From NCBI GenBank assembly GCA_965242525.1, contig OZ251459.1, positions 2,496,001 through 2,560,000 on the forward strand: a stretch of 64,000 nucleotides of DNA, read 5' to 3'. The position numbers and the translations under genes are program-made. The first letter of the stretch is position 1; each line of letters starts with the position of its first letter. The stretch is from an uncultured Candidatus Binatia bacterium. GTDB lineage: Bacteria; Desulfobacterota; Binatia; UBA9968; JAJDTQ01. The notes below the pieces were generated by a model. It made no database searches. It was given only the letters and a program-made list of their open reading frames with translations, and was not told the origin of the DNA. Of this stretch, positions 20,612-34,700 are shown one piece after another.

Positions 20612-21547
20612 TCAGGCGTCCCATCCCGCGGGGCGGCGGAAGCCCATCCAGCTCCACTGGTCGGGGTGGCGGCGCACCATCTTCTCGATCTCCCGGACGA
20701 ACAGGGCGGCGTTGGCGCGGAGGTCCGCTTCCCGGTCGCCGGTGTGGGCGAAGCGGAGCTCGGGCTCCACGTGGAGCGTCAGCCGGTTCCCCCGGTCGCG
20801 CACCATGAAGACCGGGAGGACCGCGGCGCCGGTGCGTCGGGCGATGGTGACGGGGCCTCTCGGGGCCGGCACCTGGCGTCCGAGGAAGTCCACCTCCACC
20901 CCGGTGGTCTTGAACTCGTCCGGGACCAGGAGCACGATCTCGTTCCGCCGCAGCGCGCCGATGATCCGGGGGACGGACTCGCGGCTGGGGCGCGCGGGTA
21001 TGATCTTGATCCCGGCCCTGGCGAAGTACTCGCTCTGGAGCGCGGCGAAACGGGGTTCCCGCGGCATCCGGATGACCACGCTGAACTCGTAGCCCTGGGC
21101 CACCAGCCGCGGGCCGATGATCCCGAAGTTGCCGAAGTGGGCGCTCATGGCGAGGACGCCCCTGTTCCGGGCCAGTGCCTCGCGCAGGCGCTCTTCGCCC
21201 TCGATGTCGATGCGCGAGCACAACTCCTCGTTGGCCGCGTAGAGGGTGGCGAGGGTCTCCAGCAGCGCGCCGGCGAAGTTGGTCCAGGCCCGCCGCACCA
21301 CGGTGCGGCGCTCCGCCTCGGTGGGCAACTCCCGCCCCAGGGCGTCTTCCACGGTGTCGCGCATGCGCTTCCGGTACCGCCGGAACAGCAGCGCGCTCAC
21401 CGGCTCCGTGAGCCTGGCGATGTAGAAAGGCGCGGCCGGCGGCAGCCAGCGGAGGACCGCGACCAGCGCGCGCAGGAAGTATTCCGCGGTTCGATAGCGG
21501 AGGCGGTACAGGAGCCCGCCGCGCCCGTCGGCTCGGCTTCGTCTCAT
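20612..21547 (-). CDS. Lipid A / lysophospholipid acyltransferase (LpxL/HtrB family)
   Basis: SAHFGNF, VDFLG, RRHPDQWSW; ATG overlaps the upstream stop (ATGA). Confidence 0.85.
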   Translation of the reverse strand: MRRSRADGRGGLLYRLRYRTAEYFLRALVAVLRWLPPAAPFYIARLTEPVSALLFRRYRKRMRDTVEDALGRELPTEAERRTVVRRAWTNFAGALLETLATLYAANEELCSRIDIEGEERLREALARNRGVLAMSAHFGNFGIIGPRLVAQGYEFSVVIRMPREPRFAALQSEYFARAGIKIIPARPSRESVPRIIGALRRNEIVLLVPDEFKTTGVEVDFLGRQVPAPRGPVTIARRTGAAVLPVFMVRDRGNRLTLHVEPELRFAHTGDREADLRANAALFVREIEKMVRRHPDQWSWMGFRRPAGWDA

Positions 21548-22743
21548 GCCAGGCGCGGTTCCGGCAGGCCTTCCCCGGTTCCCACCCGGCCCAACGCCGA
21601 GAGTCCCCGCAGGCGCTCGACGATGCCGGGTATCCGGTCCGCGGCGAAGGCCACCTCCGCGGGCGTGTTGTCGCAGCTCAGGCTGAACCGCACAGCCCCT
21701 TGCAGCCATTGCGGCGGCGTCTTCATGGCCCGCAGCACGTGGGAGGGCTCCACCGAACCCGCGGTGCAGGCGGACCCGGTGGAAGCGCAGATGCCGAACT
21801 CGTCCAGCAGCACCAGGATCGATTCCCCCTCCAGGTACTCGAAGGCGATGTTGAGGGTGTTGGGCAAACGCTCCGACCCGGCCCCGTTCACCCGGGCCCC
21901 GGGACAGGCGGCCAGGAGCGCCCCCTCCAGTCGGTCGCGCAGGCCGGTCAACCGCTCGCGCGCCCCGGCCACGTCCCCGCCGGCCAGGGCCGCGGCCTCG
22001 CCCATGCCCACGATGCCGGCCACGTTCTCGGTCCCGGCCCGGCGGTTGCGCTCCTGGTGCCCCCCCACGATCAGGGGGCGGAGCGTGATCCCCCTCCGGA
22101 CGTACAGCGCCCCCACTCCCTTGGGGCCGTGGAACTTGTGAGCCGAGACGGTCAGGAGGTCGATGGGGGCGTCCTTCACGTGGAGCTCGATCTTCCCCGG
22201 GACCTGCACCGCGTCCACGTGGAAGGGGATGCCCCGGGCCTTGACGATCTCGCCGGCCTCATGGACCGGGAAAACCACGCCGGTCTCGTTGTTGGCGTAC
22301 ATGATCGAGACCAGCGCGGTGTCGTCCGACAGGGCGTCCCGCAGCTCGTCCAGGTCCAGCCTGCCGTCCTCGTCCACCCCCAGCCACGTGACCCGGTAGC
22401 CCTTCTTCTCCAGGTGCTGGCCCAGGCCCAGCACCGCGGGATGCTCCACCGCGGTGGTGACCAGGTGGCGCTTCCCGGGCGCGGCTTCCAGGACGCCGCG
22501 AATGGCGGTGTTGTCGCCCTCGGAGCCGCAACTGGTGAACAGGACCTCCACTTCGTCGTCCGCGCCCAGGATCTCCGCCACCTGGCCCCGGGCCCGGTCC
22601 AGGGCGCGCCCCACCCGGCTCCCGAAGCCGTGGATGCTCGACGGGTTGCCGTAGAGCTCGGCCAAGTAGGGCGCCATGGCCTCGTACGCCTGCGGCGCCA
22701 TGCGCGTGGTCGCGTTGTTGTCGAAATAGATGACGTCCGGCAT
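21544..22743 (-). CDS. nifS: Cysteine desulfurase (NifS type)
   Basis: YFDNNATT, SAHKFHGPKG, STGSACT. Confidence 0.9.
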   Translation of the reverse strand: MPDVIYFDNNATTRMAPQAYEAMAPYLAELYGNPSSIHGFGSRVGRALDRARGQVAEILGADDEVEVLFTSCGSEGDNTAIRGVLEAAPGKRHLVTTAVEHPAVLGLGQHLEKKGYRVTWLGVDEDGRLDLDELRDALSDDTALVSIMYANNETGVVFPVHEAGEIVKARGIPFHVDAVQVPGKIELHVKDAPIDLLTVSAHKFHGPKGVGALYVRRGITLRPLIVGGHQERNRRAGTENVAGIVGMGEAAALAGGDVAGARERLTGLRDRLEGALLAACPGARVNGAGSERLPNTLNIAFEYLEGESILVLLDEFGICASTGSACTAGSVEPSHVLRAMKTPPQWLQGAVRFSLSCDNTPAEVAFAADRIPGIVERLRGLSALGRVGTGEGLPEPRLA

Positions 22744-22779
22744 GGCGGTGGCCCGCGGAAGCCGTGGGCGCGCGCGGCC

Positions 22780-23109
22780 TCAGACCACGAACGAGGCGCC
22801 GCAGCCGCAACTGCGCTTCACGTTGGGGTTCTGGAACACGAAGGCGGCCTCCATCAGGGTCTCCCTGTAGTCCAGTTCCGTGCCGCCCAGGTAGAGGAGG
22901 CTCTTCAGGTCCACGATCACCTTGGCCCCCTCCTGCTCGAACACCCGGTCCGTGGGCTTCGGGTCGTCCAGGTCCATCCTGTACTGCAACCCGGAACAAC
23001 CGCCGCCCACCACCTTGAGGCGCAGCCCGGCGTAGTCCCTTTCTTCCTGGTCGAGCAGCTCCCTGATGCGGGCGGCCGCCCGTTCCGTGATCTGGACTCC
23101 TGTGGCCAT
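22780..23109 (-). CDS. iscA: Iron-sulfur cluster assembly accessory protein (IscA/HesB)
   Basis: GGCSG and CGCGASF motifs. Confidence 0.93.
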   Translation of the reverse strand: MATGVQITERAAARIRELLDQEERDYAGLRLKVVGGGCSGLQYRMDLDDPKPTDRVFEQEGAKVIVDLKSLLYLGGTELDYRETLMEAAFVFQNPNVKRSCGCGASFVV

Positions 23110-23167
23110 GCGGTGTTTCCCTGCCTCCGTCCTTGCCGCGGCTCCCCGGTGTCCGCGCCGCCCCCGG

Positions 23168-24421
23168 TCATGTGTGCGGACGCGAGAGGTTGCCTTCCTC
23201 CGCGCCGCCCCGGTCCCCGGCCGCGGCGCCCGCGGCGGCGCGTTTCCCCGCGGACCGCTTCCCGTACAGCGGCGAGAGCCCGCGCAGCCGGGTGACCTCC
23301 TCCGCCACCCGGCCCACCACGTAATCCACTTCCTCTTCGGTGTTGAACCGGCCCAGGCCGAAACGGATGGCGCCGTGGGCGAGGTCTTCCCGCACCCCCA
23401 TGGCCGTGAGCACGTGGGACGGCTCCATGGCCGCGGACGTGCAGGTGGAGCCGGAGGACACCGCCACGTCGTTGAGGCCCATGAGCAGCGATTCCCCTTC
23501 CACGTACCCGAAGCTCACGTTCAGGTTGCCGCACAGGCGCTCCGTGGGATGCCCGTTCAGGTGGACCTCGTCCAGGCGCGAGAAGATGCCGGCCTCCAGC
23601 CGGTCGCGCAGGCCGGCCACGTAGGGCGTCTCCTCGGCCATGCCCGTCCGCGCCAGCTCGCAGGCCTTGCCGAACCCGACGATGCCGGGCACGTTCAGGG
23701 TGCCGGAGCGCCTGCCGCCCTCGTGGCCGCCGCCGTGGATGGTGGGGCCCAGGCGCACCGCGGGCTTTCGGGCGCTCACGTAGAGGGCCCCCACCCCCTT
23801 GGGGCCGTGGAGCTTGTGGGCCGTCATCGAGAGCAGGTGCACCCCCGACGCTTCCACGTCCAGGGGCGTCTTGCCCACCGCCTGCGTGGCGTCCGTGTGG
23901 AACAGGACGCCGTGCTCCTCGGCGATGCGGCCGATCTCCGCCAGCGGCTGGATGGTCCCCACCTCGTTGTTGGCCGCCATGATGGAGATGAGCACGGTCC
24001 CCCGGTCGATGGCCGCCCGCAGCCTGTCGAGATCGACCCTGCCGCGGGCGTCCACCGGCAGGCAGGTGGTCCGAAAGCCTTGGGTTTGCAGGAACTTGCA
24101 GGTGTCCAGCACGGCCTTGTGCTCGGCCGCGCAGGTGACCACGTGGTCGCCCCGGTCCCGGTACGCCTCCGCCGCTCCCTTGATGGCGAGGTTGTCGGAC
24201 TCGGTGGCGCCGCTGGTGAAGACGACCTCCCTGGCCGCCGCGCCGATGAGGGCGGCCACGCTCTTGCGCGCCTCGTGCACCGCGGCCTCGGCTTCCCAGC
24301 CGAACGCATGCTTGCTGGCGGAGTTGCCGAACCGCTCGGTGAAGAACGGCAGCATGGCGTCCACCACCCGCGGGTCCACCGGAGTGGTGGCGTGGTTGTC
24401 GAAGTAGATGGGCAGCTTCAT
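23168..24421 (-). CDS. iscS: Cysteine desulfurase (IscS type)
   Basis: [35 protein letters not shown]. Confidence 0.93.
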   Translation of the reverse strand: MKLPIYFDNHATTPVDPRVVDAMLPFFTERFGNSASKHAFGWEAEAAVHEARKSVAALIGAAAREVVFTSGATESDNLAIKGAAEAYRDRGDHVVTCAAEHKAVLDTCKFLQTQGFRTTCLPVDARGRVDLDRLRAAIDRGTVLISIMAANNEVGTIQPLAEIGRIAEEHGVLFHTDATQAVGKTPLDVEASGVHLLSMTAHKLHGPKGVGALYVSARKPAVRLGPTIHGGGHEGGRRSGTLNVPGIVGFGKACELARTGMAEETPYVAGLRDRLEAGIFSRLDEVHLNGHPTERLCGNLNVSFGYVEGESLLMGLNDVAVSSGSTCTSAAMEPSHVLTAMGVREDLAHGAIRFGLGRFNTEEEVDYVVGRVAEEVTRLRGLSPLYGKRSAGKRAAAGAAAGDRGGAEEGNLSRPHT

Positions 24422-24480
24422 GGTCGGCAGGCCTGCTCGCAGCGCTTCCATTGGGCCGGAAGCCTCGTGGACGTCAAGAT

Positions 24481-26427
24481 TCATTGGCGGTCGGCGCTGT
24501 ACGCGCCGTATATGCGGAGGCCGTCGTTGTTCGAATCGTCAGTGGACGCATGGAAAATCCCGACGGCCGTGTCCGGGTGGCCGCTGGTCCCTGCCCGGTA
24601 GAACTGGACGCCCCAGTGTCCCGCGGTGAAACTGCGGCCGGTGCCCCCGTTACCCCTCGCCTGGCCGCCAACCCACAAGTCCAGGTTGCCGCTGGAGCGG
24701 CTGGACGTAGAGTTGAGGTTCATCGTCCAGCCGAGGGATTCGCCCTCCTCCGTGAAGTTGGTGACGCTTCCACCTAAACTGAGACCTGAGAAGCCGCCGG
24801 ACACGCCGAAGTTCGCGTTGATGGTGGCCGTTGCGCGGAAGGAGCCGACCTTTGCGGTTTGCGGCCTGCGGCTGCCGCCCGTGCCGCTCCAGGTGCCCTC
24901 GGTATAGATACCGGTTGCCGGACCTGTGAACGTGGCCGTGCCCCCGAGGGAAACGACGTTGGCCCCCGTCAGATTATTCGGTGAAACGGACTGCGAAAAG
25001 GTCCCCACGTTGTACGCGGTAACGGAGGCGGCGGGGTCGTTGGGGACAACCAACCATAGTCCGAGGGTCTGGTAGTACGAGTCCGGAGTTCCCGCGGAAG
25101 CCTGCTCGATGTTCGAATGGATGACGGCGTACGCGGTTCCGCCAGGGGTGGCTTTGCTCAGTATGGCGCCGTTCCAACCTTCGTCTCCAAGGTGGGGGAC
25201 GTTGCTGTCCTCGTCAACCTCGAAGCTTTCCGTCCCCGTGCGTTCCACGGTCAACCCGAACGTCGGCGCCGCGCCGTCGTCCCAGGTTGCGGTGGGATCC
25301 ACCCTCCGAAGGCCCTCGGCTGGAACGCTCCGAGTGTTGTGCACGATGGCCCCGTTCCTTACGGCCCACCCGTTGGACGAGTCGTCGAACGCGACGTTGA
25401 GGCCGGTTGCGGCTGCGCCCCTCCCCCCCCGATCTTCGAACTGCAAGGCGTAGGTTCCGTCCGAAGTCCCGTCAGGGCCGTCGTTGGCGGACCGGATCAT
25501 GTCGTTGTACCGGGCCGCGAAGTAGGGGACGCCGCCGGTGGATTCGTAGTCGTCCTTCCCCAGGGTGACCACGCAGTCCTCGCTGTCTGCGCCTTCGGAC
25601 GGGCACGCGAGGACGTAGCTCTTGGCAAACTCCCCGTTCACGGCATCGCCCATCTGTCGCTCTCCCCCCGCAGGGACCGTGCCCTCGGGGTTGCTGTCAC
25701 TGGACAGGTCGATGGGCAGGAACAGGGCGGTGTAGGTCACGACCGTGGGCGTGCCGCCGGTGGATTCGGCGCCGCCGTCCTCCGTAGAGGAGACGACGCA
25801 GTCCGGGCCGTCGTCGGGGCATTTGAGTTCGGTCCTGGCGTCGAAGGTTTGGCGAAGTATGTAGGAGGTGCCGGCAAGGATGGTGATGGGATCCTCGGGC
25901 AGCATGAGGTCGCCTTCGGGCAGTTGGATGGCCGTGTAGGGAACGGTCTCCAGGGTGGGCATGCCGCCGGTGTATTGGGCGGCGCCGTCCGGGCCACCGG
26001 TGAGGACGCAGTCTTCGCCGCCTTGGGGGCAACTGGCGACGGCCCTGAGGCCATCGGCCTGTCCGACGGGCCGGCTCGTTCCTGCCGGGATGGTCAAGAT
26101 GGCGCCCGGTTCCAGCACGATACCCTGAGGCAGCGCTATGGGCGTAGGCATGGGCAGCGCCGCCGCGGTCTTGCCGCCGCTGCCGCCGCCCCCGCAGCCG
26201 GCCAGGGCCGCGACCATCAGTACCGCTGCGAGGACGAAGATGGCGTCCTTCGACTTCGCTCCGCTACGCTCAGGACGAACGGGGATGATCGTCCGGAGAC
26301 CACTACTGTCCGGGATCAGTAGTGTCCGGAGACCTCTGCATGAGGCGGGATTTCGGGATGGGGAGTGTCGCAACCCACACGAATTCCGGAAGCGCCCTGG
26401 ATAGAGATGGTCTTTGGTTGAGCTCAT
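24481..26427 (-). CDS. Surface lipoprotein with three Cys-containing repeats and a TbpB-like C-terminal beta-barrel
   Basis: AGGAGG RBS, LAGC lipobox followed by a Gly linker, three CPxxGxDCV...TGG repeats, ATFTGPATG...WGVQFY...GAYSA barrel. Confidence 0.7.
   Translation of the reverse strand: MSSTKDHLYPGRFRNSCGLRHSPSRNPASCRGLRTLLIPDSSGLRTIIPVRPERSGAKSKDAIFVLAAVLMVAALAGCGGGGSGGKTAAALPMPTPIALPQGIVLEPGAILTIPAGTSRPVGQADGLRAVASCPQGGEDCVLTGGPDGAAQYTGGMPTLETVPYTAIQLPEGDLMLPEDPITILAGTSYILRQTFDARTELKCPDDGPDCVVSSTEDGGAESTGGTPTVVTYTALFLPIDLSSDSNPEGTVPAGGERQMGDAVNGEFAKSYVLACPSEGADSEDCVVTLGKDDYESTGGVPYFAARYNDMIRSANDGPDGTSDGTYALQFEDRGGRGAAATGLNVAFDDSSNGWAVRNGAIVHNTRSVPAEGLRRVDPTATWDDGAAPTFGLTVERTGTESFEVDEDSNVPHLGDEGWNGAILSKATPGGTAYAVIHSNIEQASAGTPDSYYQTLGLWLVVPNDPAASVTAYNVGTFSQSVSPNNLTGANVVSLGGTATFTGPATGIYTEGTWSGTGGSRRPQTAKVGSFRATATINANFGVSGGFSGLSLGGSVTNFTEEGESLGWTMNLNSTSSRSSGNLDLWVGGQARGNGGTGRSFTAGHWGVQFYRAGTSGHPDTAVGIFHASTDDSNNDGLRIYGAYSADRQ
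26243..26398 (-). repeat. REP family B copy (26243-26284) and MITE terminus (26354-26398) inside the lipoprotein 5' coding region
   Basis: Matches the other family B copies; 26354-26394 matches 36035-36075 with 1 mismatch in 41 bp. Confidence 0.85.
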
Positions 26428-26521
26428 GTTAGGTCTCCCTCCTGGTTCATACGGAGTACTCAGGGTGAAAGAGGGCCGCATTGTAGCATAGTTTCAATCA
26501 TCGAGGCTACGGTAGATTATC

Positions 26522-26609
26522 CCGTCATTCCCGCAGACGCTCACTCCCCGTCATTCCCGCGAAAGCGGGAATCCAGAGGAATCGGGCATGGAGGATCGAG
26601 TTGACGGAG
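26522..26609 (+). repeat. REP family A with partial GIY-YIG relic
   Basis: CGTCATTCCCGCGAAAGCGGGAATCCAGAGGAATCGGGCATGG, shared with 20357-20399. Confidence 0.85.
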
Positions 26610-26644
26610 GCTGGCGTACCGAGAAACGGACCGCCTGTTTCAAT

Positions 26645-26667
26645 GGGGGGGGGGGGGGGGGGGGGGG
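26645..26667 (+). repeat. G23 homopolymer tract (C23 on the lipoprotein strand)
   Basis: 23 consecutive G. Confidence 0.9.
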
Positions 26668-26824
26668 CATTCGTTTTTTCCTCTGGCTGTTCCAGCCATG
26701 TTCATAGCATATATCCGCGGGATAAACACCCCGAATCGACTGCCGAATCCGCGGCAGGCGGGCCATCCCGGCCCGTTTCCGCACGGTCTTCGACGAGGCG
26801 TCTTCCCCGTGGTCCTGCCCACCC

Positions 26825-29386
<2,562 letters not shown>

Positions 29387-29420
29387 GGAGACCGGCTCCT
29401 TCCCTCGCCGCGGGGGGAGG

Positions 29421-30407
29421 TCAGGGAGCGGACGCCCGCCGACGGCGCGCGAGCTCCGCGGCCAGCAGGATCGCCTGCTTCATGCTGCGGCCGTCGGCCA
29501 CGCCCTTGCCGGCGATGTCGCAGGCGGTCCCGTGGTCCGCGGAGGTCCGCACCAGGGGCAGGCCCAGGGTCAGGTTGACGCCGTCGGTGAAGTGCAGCAG
29601 CTTGAAGGGGCCGAGTCCCTGGTCGTGGTACATGCACACCACCGCGTCGTACTCCCCGCGCGCGGCCTTGTGGAACAGGCTGTCCGCGGGGACCGGGCCG
29701 GACACGTCCATGCCCCGGGCCCGGCACTCGCGCACCGCGGGGCGGACCACCCTGCGTTCCTCATGGCCGAACATGCCGTCTTCGCCCCCGTGGGGGTTCA
29801 GGGCGGCCACCGCCAGCCGCGGCCGGGCCAGGCCGAACCACTGCCGCAAAGACCGATGGGTCAACTCCACGGTGGCGCGCACCCGCTTGCGCGTCAGCGC
29901 CCCGGGCACTTGCGCCAGAGGCAGGTGCACCGTCGCCAGCGCCACCTTGAGGCGCGGCCCCAGGAGCATCATGCGCACTTCCCGGGTGCGGGTGAGCTCG
30001 GCCAGGAGCTCGGTGTGGCCGGGGTAGAGGCGTCCGGCGTCGTTCAGGCCCTTCTTGTGGATGGGCGCGGTGGCCATGGCGTGGGCGCGGCCGGCGTCGA
30101 TGAGCTCCACCGCCCGGACGACGTAGCGGTAGGAGGCTTCGCCGCCGGCCCGGGTGGGGCGGCCGGGGCGGCTCTCCGCGGGTCGCAGCCGGGTGACCGG
30201 CTCCACCAGGACGGGGGCGTCCGCGCGGGCGGGCGCTGTGCGGTCCGGCCATCGAGGGGCCCGGGCGCGCTCCAGCACCCCCCGGTCGCCCACCACCACC
30301 ATGCGGCACGCCCGCCGCACCGCGGGGTCCCGGGCGGCCTTGACCACCACCTCGGGGCCGATGCCCGAGGGGTCGCCCAGGGTGACGGCCACCGTAGGTC
30401 TGGACAT
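29421..30407 (-). CDS. pdxA: 4-hydroxythreonine-4-phosphate dehydrogenase
   Basis: [34 protein letters not shown]. Confidence 0.95.
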   Translation of the reverse strand: MSRPTVAVTLGDPSGIGPEVVVKAARDPAVRRACRMVVVGDRGVLERARAPRWPDRTAPARADAPVLVEPVTRLRPAESRPGRPTRAGGEASYRYVVRAVELIDAGRAHAMATAPIHKKGLNDAGRLYPGHTELLAELTRTREVRMMLLGPRLKVALATVHLPLAQVPGALTRKRVRATVELTHRSLRQWFGLARPRLAVAALNPHGGEDGMFGHEERRVVRPAVRECRARGMDVSGPVPADSLFHKAARGEYDAVVCMYHDQGLGPFKLLHFTDGVNLTLGLPLVRTSADHGTACDIAGKGVADGRSMKQAILLAAELARRRRASAP

Positions 30408-30463
30408 GGCGCTGCGGGCGGACGAGCCGCGGGACGCGAGACCCGGGGCGGACCCCCCGGTCC

Positions 30464-31744
30464 CTACGGAGAGCCTCCGGCGTCCGCGCCCTCGGAAGGC
30501 GCCGGCGCCTCGCGTTCGAGGGGCTCGTCCAGGGGCACGTCGTCGTCATCGCCCACGTCGGTGGTGAAGAGCGGCATGCCGAACAGGCTCACCACCTTGC
30601 GGTCGGTGGGGGCTCCGGACGGGTCCCGTACGACTTCCTGGTCGAAGATGTACGACAGCGGGTTGATGTAGTCCACGAAGCCCCACTCTTCGTCGTCGGC
30701 CGCGGACGAGGCCATCAGGTTGCCCACCGTGCCGCGCTTGGCCTGCTGGGCTTCGAAGGCGTAGCCCTCGAGCTTCACCTCCACCCGGTGCTTCTTGCGC
30801 AAGTCGGTCCGGAGCCATTTGTCGAACCGTTCCTCCAGCGTCCGGTTGTACAGTTGCTCCCGGACCTGCTCCGAGACCGCGCCGAACCCCAGCCGCTGGC
30901 CGCCCTCGCGGCCTTCCACCCGCACTAGGTGGTATCCCAGGCTCGTGCGCACGGGTTGGCTGACGGCGCCCCGGTCGAGGGTGACCGCGACCCTGGCGAG
31001 GGAGTCCGGCAGGTTCCCGGGCTCGACCCAGCCGATGGAGCCGCCCTCGCCGGCTCCCGAGCCCTGGGAGTGGGCGCGCGCCAACCCGGCGAAGTCCGCC
31101 CCGTCGAGGATCTCGCGGCGCAGCTCCCGGAGGCGCGCCAGCACCGCCTGCTCCCGGCGGTCCGGCGCGCCCTCTTCGAGTTCCAGCATCAGGTGGCGCA
31201 GATCGACCTTGAGGCCGGTCACGTACAGGTGCGGGTTGGCCTCGTAGTAACGCCGCGCGTCCCGGTCCGTGATGTGGACCTTCTTCCTGACGTTGCGTTC
31301 GATGAGCTCGCCCCGCTCGATCTGGACCCGGACGTCTTCCCGGTACCGGGCCATGTCCTTGCCTTCCCTCTGCAACAGGGAGGTCAACTGCGCGAGCGTC
31401 AGGTCGTTCCGTTCCCGGAAGGTCCGGATGTAGCCGTCGATGTCCTCGTCGCGCACGCGGATGCCCGTGCCCTTGACCTCGGCCTCGATGAGCTCTTCGG
31501 TGATGAACTGCTCCAGCCACTCCCTGGGCGCGCGGCCCGCGGTCAGGTCGTCGAGCTGCACGTCCTGCCGCAGCCGGGCGCTGGCGAACTCGCGGAAGTC
31601 GGAATAGGTGTGGGGGACGCCGTTGACCACCACCACGACCTTCTCCACGAGACGGGCCGAGGAGGAGCCGGGGAAGGCCGCGAGTGCGGCCGCCAAGACC
31701 GCGGCGCAAAGGCCGCTCCGAGTGCGTGCGCAAAGCCGTTCCAT
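30464..31744 (-). CDS. surA: SurA-like peptidyl-prolyl isomerase chaperone
   Basis: Signal peptide, SurA N domain, PpiC domain (FAGLARAHS...GGSIG...GYHLVR); mfd-surA-pdxA synteny. Confidence 0.8.
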   Translation of the reverse strand: MERLCARTRSGLCAAVLAAALAAFPGSSSARLVEKVVVVVNGVPHTYSDFREFASARLRQDVQLDDLTAGRAPREWLEQFITEELIEAEVKGTGIRVRDEDIDGYIRTFRERNDLTLAQLTSLLQREGKDMARYREDVRVQIERGELIERNVRKKVHITDRDARRYYEANPHLYVTGLKVDLRHLMLELEEGAPDRREQAVLARLRELRREILDGADFAGLARAHSQGSGAGEGGSIGWVEPGNLPDSLARVAVTLDRGAVSQPVRTSLGYHLVRVEGREGGQRLGFGAVSEQVREQLYNRTLEERFDKWLRTDLRKKHRVEVKLEGYAFEAQQAKRGTVGNLMASSAADDEEWGFVDYINPLSYIFDQEVVRDPSGAPTDRKVVSLFGMPLFTTDVGDDDDVPLDEPLEREAPAPSEGADAGGSP

Positions 31745-31777
31745 GTGTTCGATCCCCTGTCCGGACAACCTACATCC

Positions 31778-34700
31778 CTAGCAGAGCGCGCGCAACAGGT
31801 CGCACGCCTCGTCGATGACCGAGGGCCAGTCGGTGCGGCTCGGGGTATAGGAGAAGCGCCCCTCGGGCGAGAGCTGGAAGCCCCGGGGGTCGCTCGCCGC
31901 CAACTCCAGCAGCCGGTCCACATCGACTTTGGAGTCGGCGTGGAAACTCAGCGACAGGCGCCCGCCCTGGTAGATGGCCCGGGTCGCCAGGGAGCCAATG
32001 AGGGCGCGCCGGAGCTCCATCACCCGGAACAGGTTCTCCACCACCGGGGGGTAGGCGCCGTAGCGGTCCCGGACCTCGTCCCGGATCTCGTCCAGTTGCG
32101 CCGGGTCTTCCAGGTTGGCCAGCCGTTTGTAGAACAGCAGGCGCTGGTTGGCGCTGGGTATGTAGTCGTCGGGGAAGTAGGCGGGGACGCCCAGGCGGAT
32201 CTCGGGCTCCACCGTGACCCGGGGCGCTTCGCCCTTGAGCTCCTGGATGGTCTCCTCCATCATCCGGGTGTAGAGCTCGAACCCCACCGCGGCGATCTGG
32301 CCGGACTGCTCCCGGCCCAGCAGGTTGCCCGCGCCGCGGATCTCCAGGTCCTGGAGGGCGAGCTTGAAGCCGCTGCCGAGGTCGTCGTGTTCCTGCAGCG
32401 CCCGGAGCCGCTTCTCCGCGTCCCTGGTCACCGTGCCGCTCCTGGGGAGCAGCAGGTAGGCGTAGGCGCGGCGCGACGAACGCCCCACCCGGCCCCGCAG
32501 TTGGTAGAGCTGGGCCAGGCCGAACCGGTCCGCCCGGTTGATGAGTATGGTGTTGGCGTTGGGGTAGTCCAGGCCGGACTCGATGATGGCGGAGCACACC
32601 AGCACCTGGGCGTCGTTCTCCTGGAACCGGGACATGTTCTTCTTGAGCTCCGGGGGGGCCATCTGCCCGTGGGCCACGGCGACCCGGGCTTCGGGCACCA
32701 GGTCCATGATCCTCTCGCCCACGCGCTGGATGCTCTCCACCCGGTTGTGCAGGAAGAACACCTGGCCCTCGCGGTTGACCTCCCGCAGGATGGCGTCGCG
32801 GATCACCCCCTCGTCGTAGCGGGTCACGTAGGTGCGCACCGCGAGCCGGTTGGGGGGCGGCGTCTCGATGACGCTCAGGTCCCGGATGCCCGCCAGCGAC
32901 ATGTGCAGGGTCCTGGGGATGGGCGTGGCGGTGAGGCTCATGACGTCCACGGTGTGGCGCAGCTTCTTGAGCTTCTCCTTGTGGCTCACGCCGAATCGGT
33001 GCTCCTCGTCCACCACCACCAGGCCCAGGTTCCGGAACGCCACGTCGCTCTGCAACAGGCGGTGGGTGCCGACGACCACGTCGATGAGCCCCGCGGCCAG
33101 GTCCCGGAGCGACTGCTGCACGCTCTTGCCGGAGACGAACCGGCTCAGGCTCTCCACCCGCACCGGGTAGGCGTCGAAGCGGTTGCGGAAGGTCTCCAGG
33201 TGCTGCTGGGCCAGGATGGTGGTGGGGGCGAGCACCGCCGCCTGCTTGCCGTCCATCACCGCCAGGAAGGCCGCGCGCATGGCCACCTCGGTCTTGCCGT
33301 AGCCCACGTCGCCGCAGATGAGGCGGTCCATGGGCTTGCTGCCGGTCATGTCCGCGAGGGTGTCGGCGATGGCCCGCTCCTGGTCCGGCGTCTCCTCGTA
33401 CTCGAAGGCGGCCTCGAACTCCCGGTACACGTGGTCGGGGGGCGGGAACACGTGGCCTTCGTGCAGTTCCCTCGTGGCATAGACCTGGAGCAGCTCCTTG
33501 GCCATGGCCACGATGGACTTGCGCGTCCTGGCCTTGAGCTTGAGCCAGGAGGTCCCGCCCAGCCGGTCCAGCGCGGGCGCGGCGCCGTCCGCGCCGATGA
33601 ACTTCTGCACCAGGTTGATGCGGTCGATGGGAAGGTAGAGACGGTCGCCCCCCTGGTACTCCAGGTGCAGGAACTCGCCTTCGGCGCCCGCGACCTGGAG
33701 GCGCCGAAGCCCGCGGTAGATGCCGACGCCCTCGTCCAGGTGCACCACCACGTCGTCCTGGCGCAGCTCGCCCAGGCTCGTGACGAAGTGGCCCTGGGTC
33801 TCGCGCTTCCTGCCCGCGGGGTCCCGCTTCCTCCGGCCCCAGAGCTCCTCCAGGGTGACGAGGACCAGCCCCTCGTCCGGGAGCCGGACCCCCTGGGTCA
33901 GGCCCCCGAGCACGATCTCCGGGCCGTTTCCCGCGGCGTCGCGGAAGGGGCCTTCGGAAACGGGAAGGTCCACCTCGTAGTAGGCCAGCAGTTGTTGCAG
34001 CCGTTGGGCGTCCCCCGGGTGCGCCGCCACGAAGACCACCCGCTGGCCGCGCCAGCTACCGAGACGCTCCACCAGCGGCGCCAGGGAAGGCTCGGTCCCG
34101 TGCTGCCGGGTGAGCTCCCCGTGGAGGTCGGCGTTGGAGTAGGAGCGCACCGAGAGCGTGGAGGACTCCTCCTCCGGCGGCGGGAGCGTGTCCAGGCTCT
34201 CGCCGTGGACCTGCCGGAACGCCCGGGCCTCCCGGCGCCAACCCTGGGGGTCCAGGTAGAGGGCTTCCGGGCCGGGATGGAAGCGGCCTTCCTCCGCCGC
34301 CTTGGCGGCCCGCTGGGCCACGAGCTTGTGGAACCGGTCGAGCTCTTCCTCCACCCGGGTCGGCTGGTCCCACCAGAGGACGCCGTGCCGCGGGAGGTAG
34401 GCGAGCAGCGACGGCAGGGGGTCGTCGTGGAAGTAGGGGGCCAGGAACTCCATGCCGGCGAACCGGACTCCCTGGCGCACCGACTCCAGCAGCGCCCGCT
34501 TGTCCTTGCGCGTGAAGCCCAGCTCGTCCGCCCGGTCTTCGAGCCGGAACAGGGTTTCGCGGCCGGTCTGCGGCCCGGAAACGAACTCCCGGACGGGCAG
34601 GAGCAGGAACTCGTCCCGGCTCCCCCGGGACCGCTGGGTGCGGGGGTCGAACTCGCGGATGGAGTCGATGCGGTCCTCGCACAGCTCCAGGCGGACGGGC

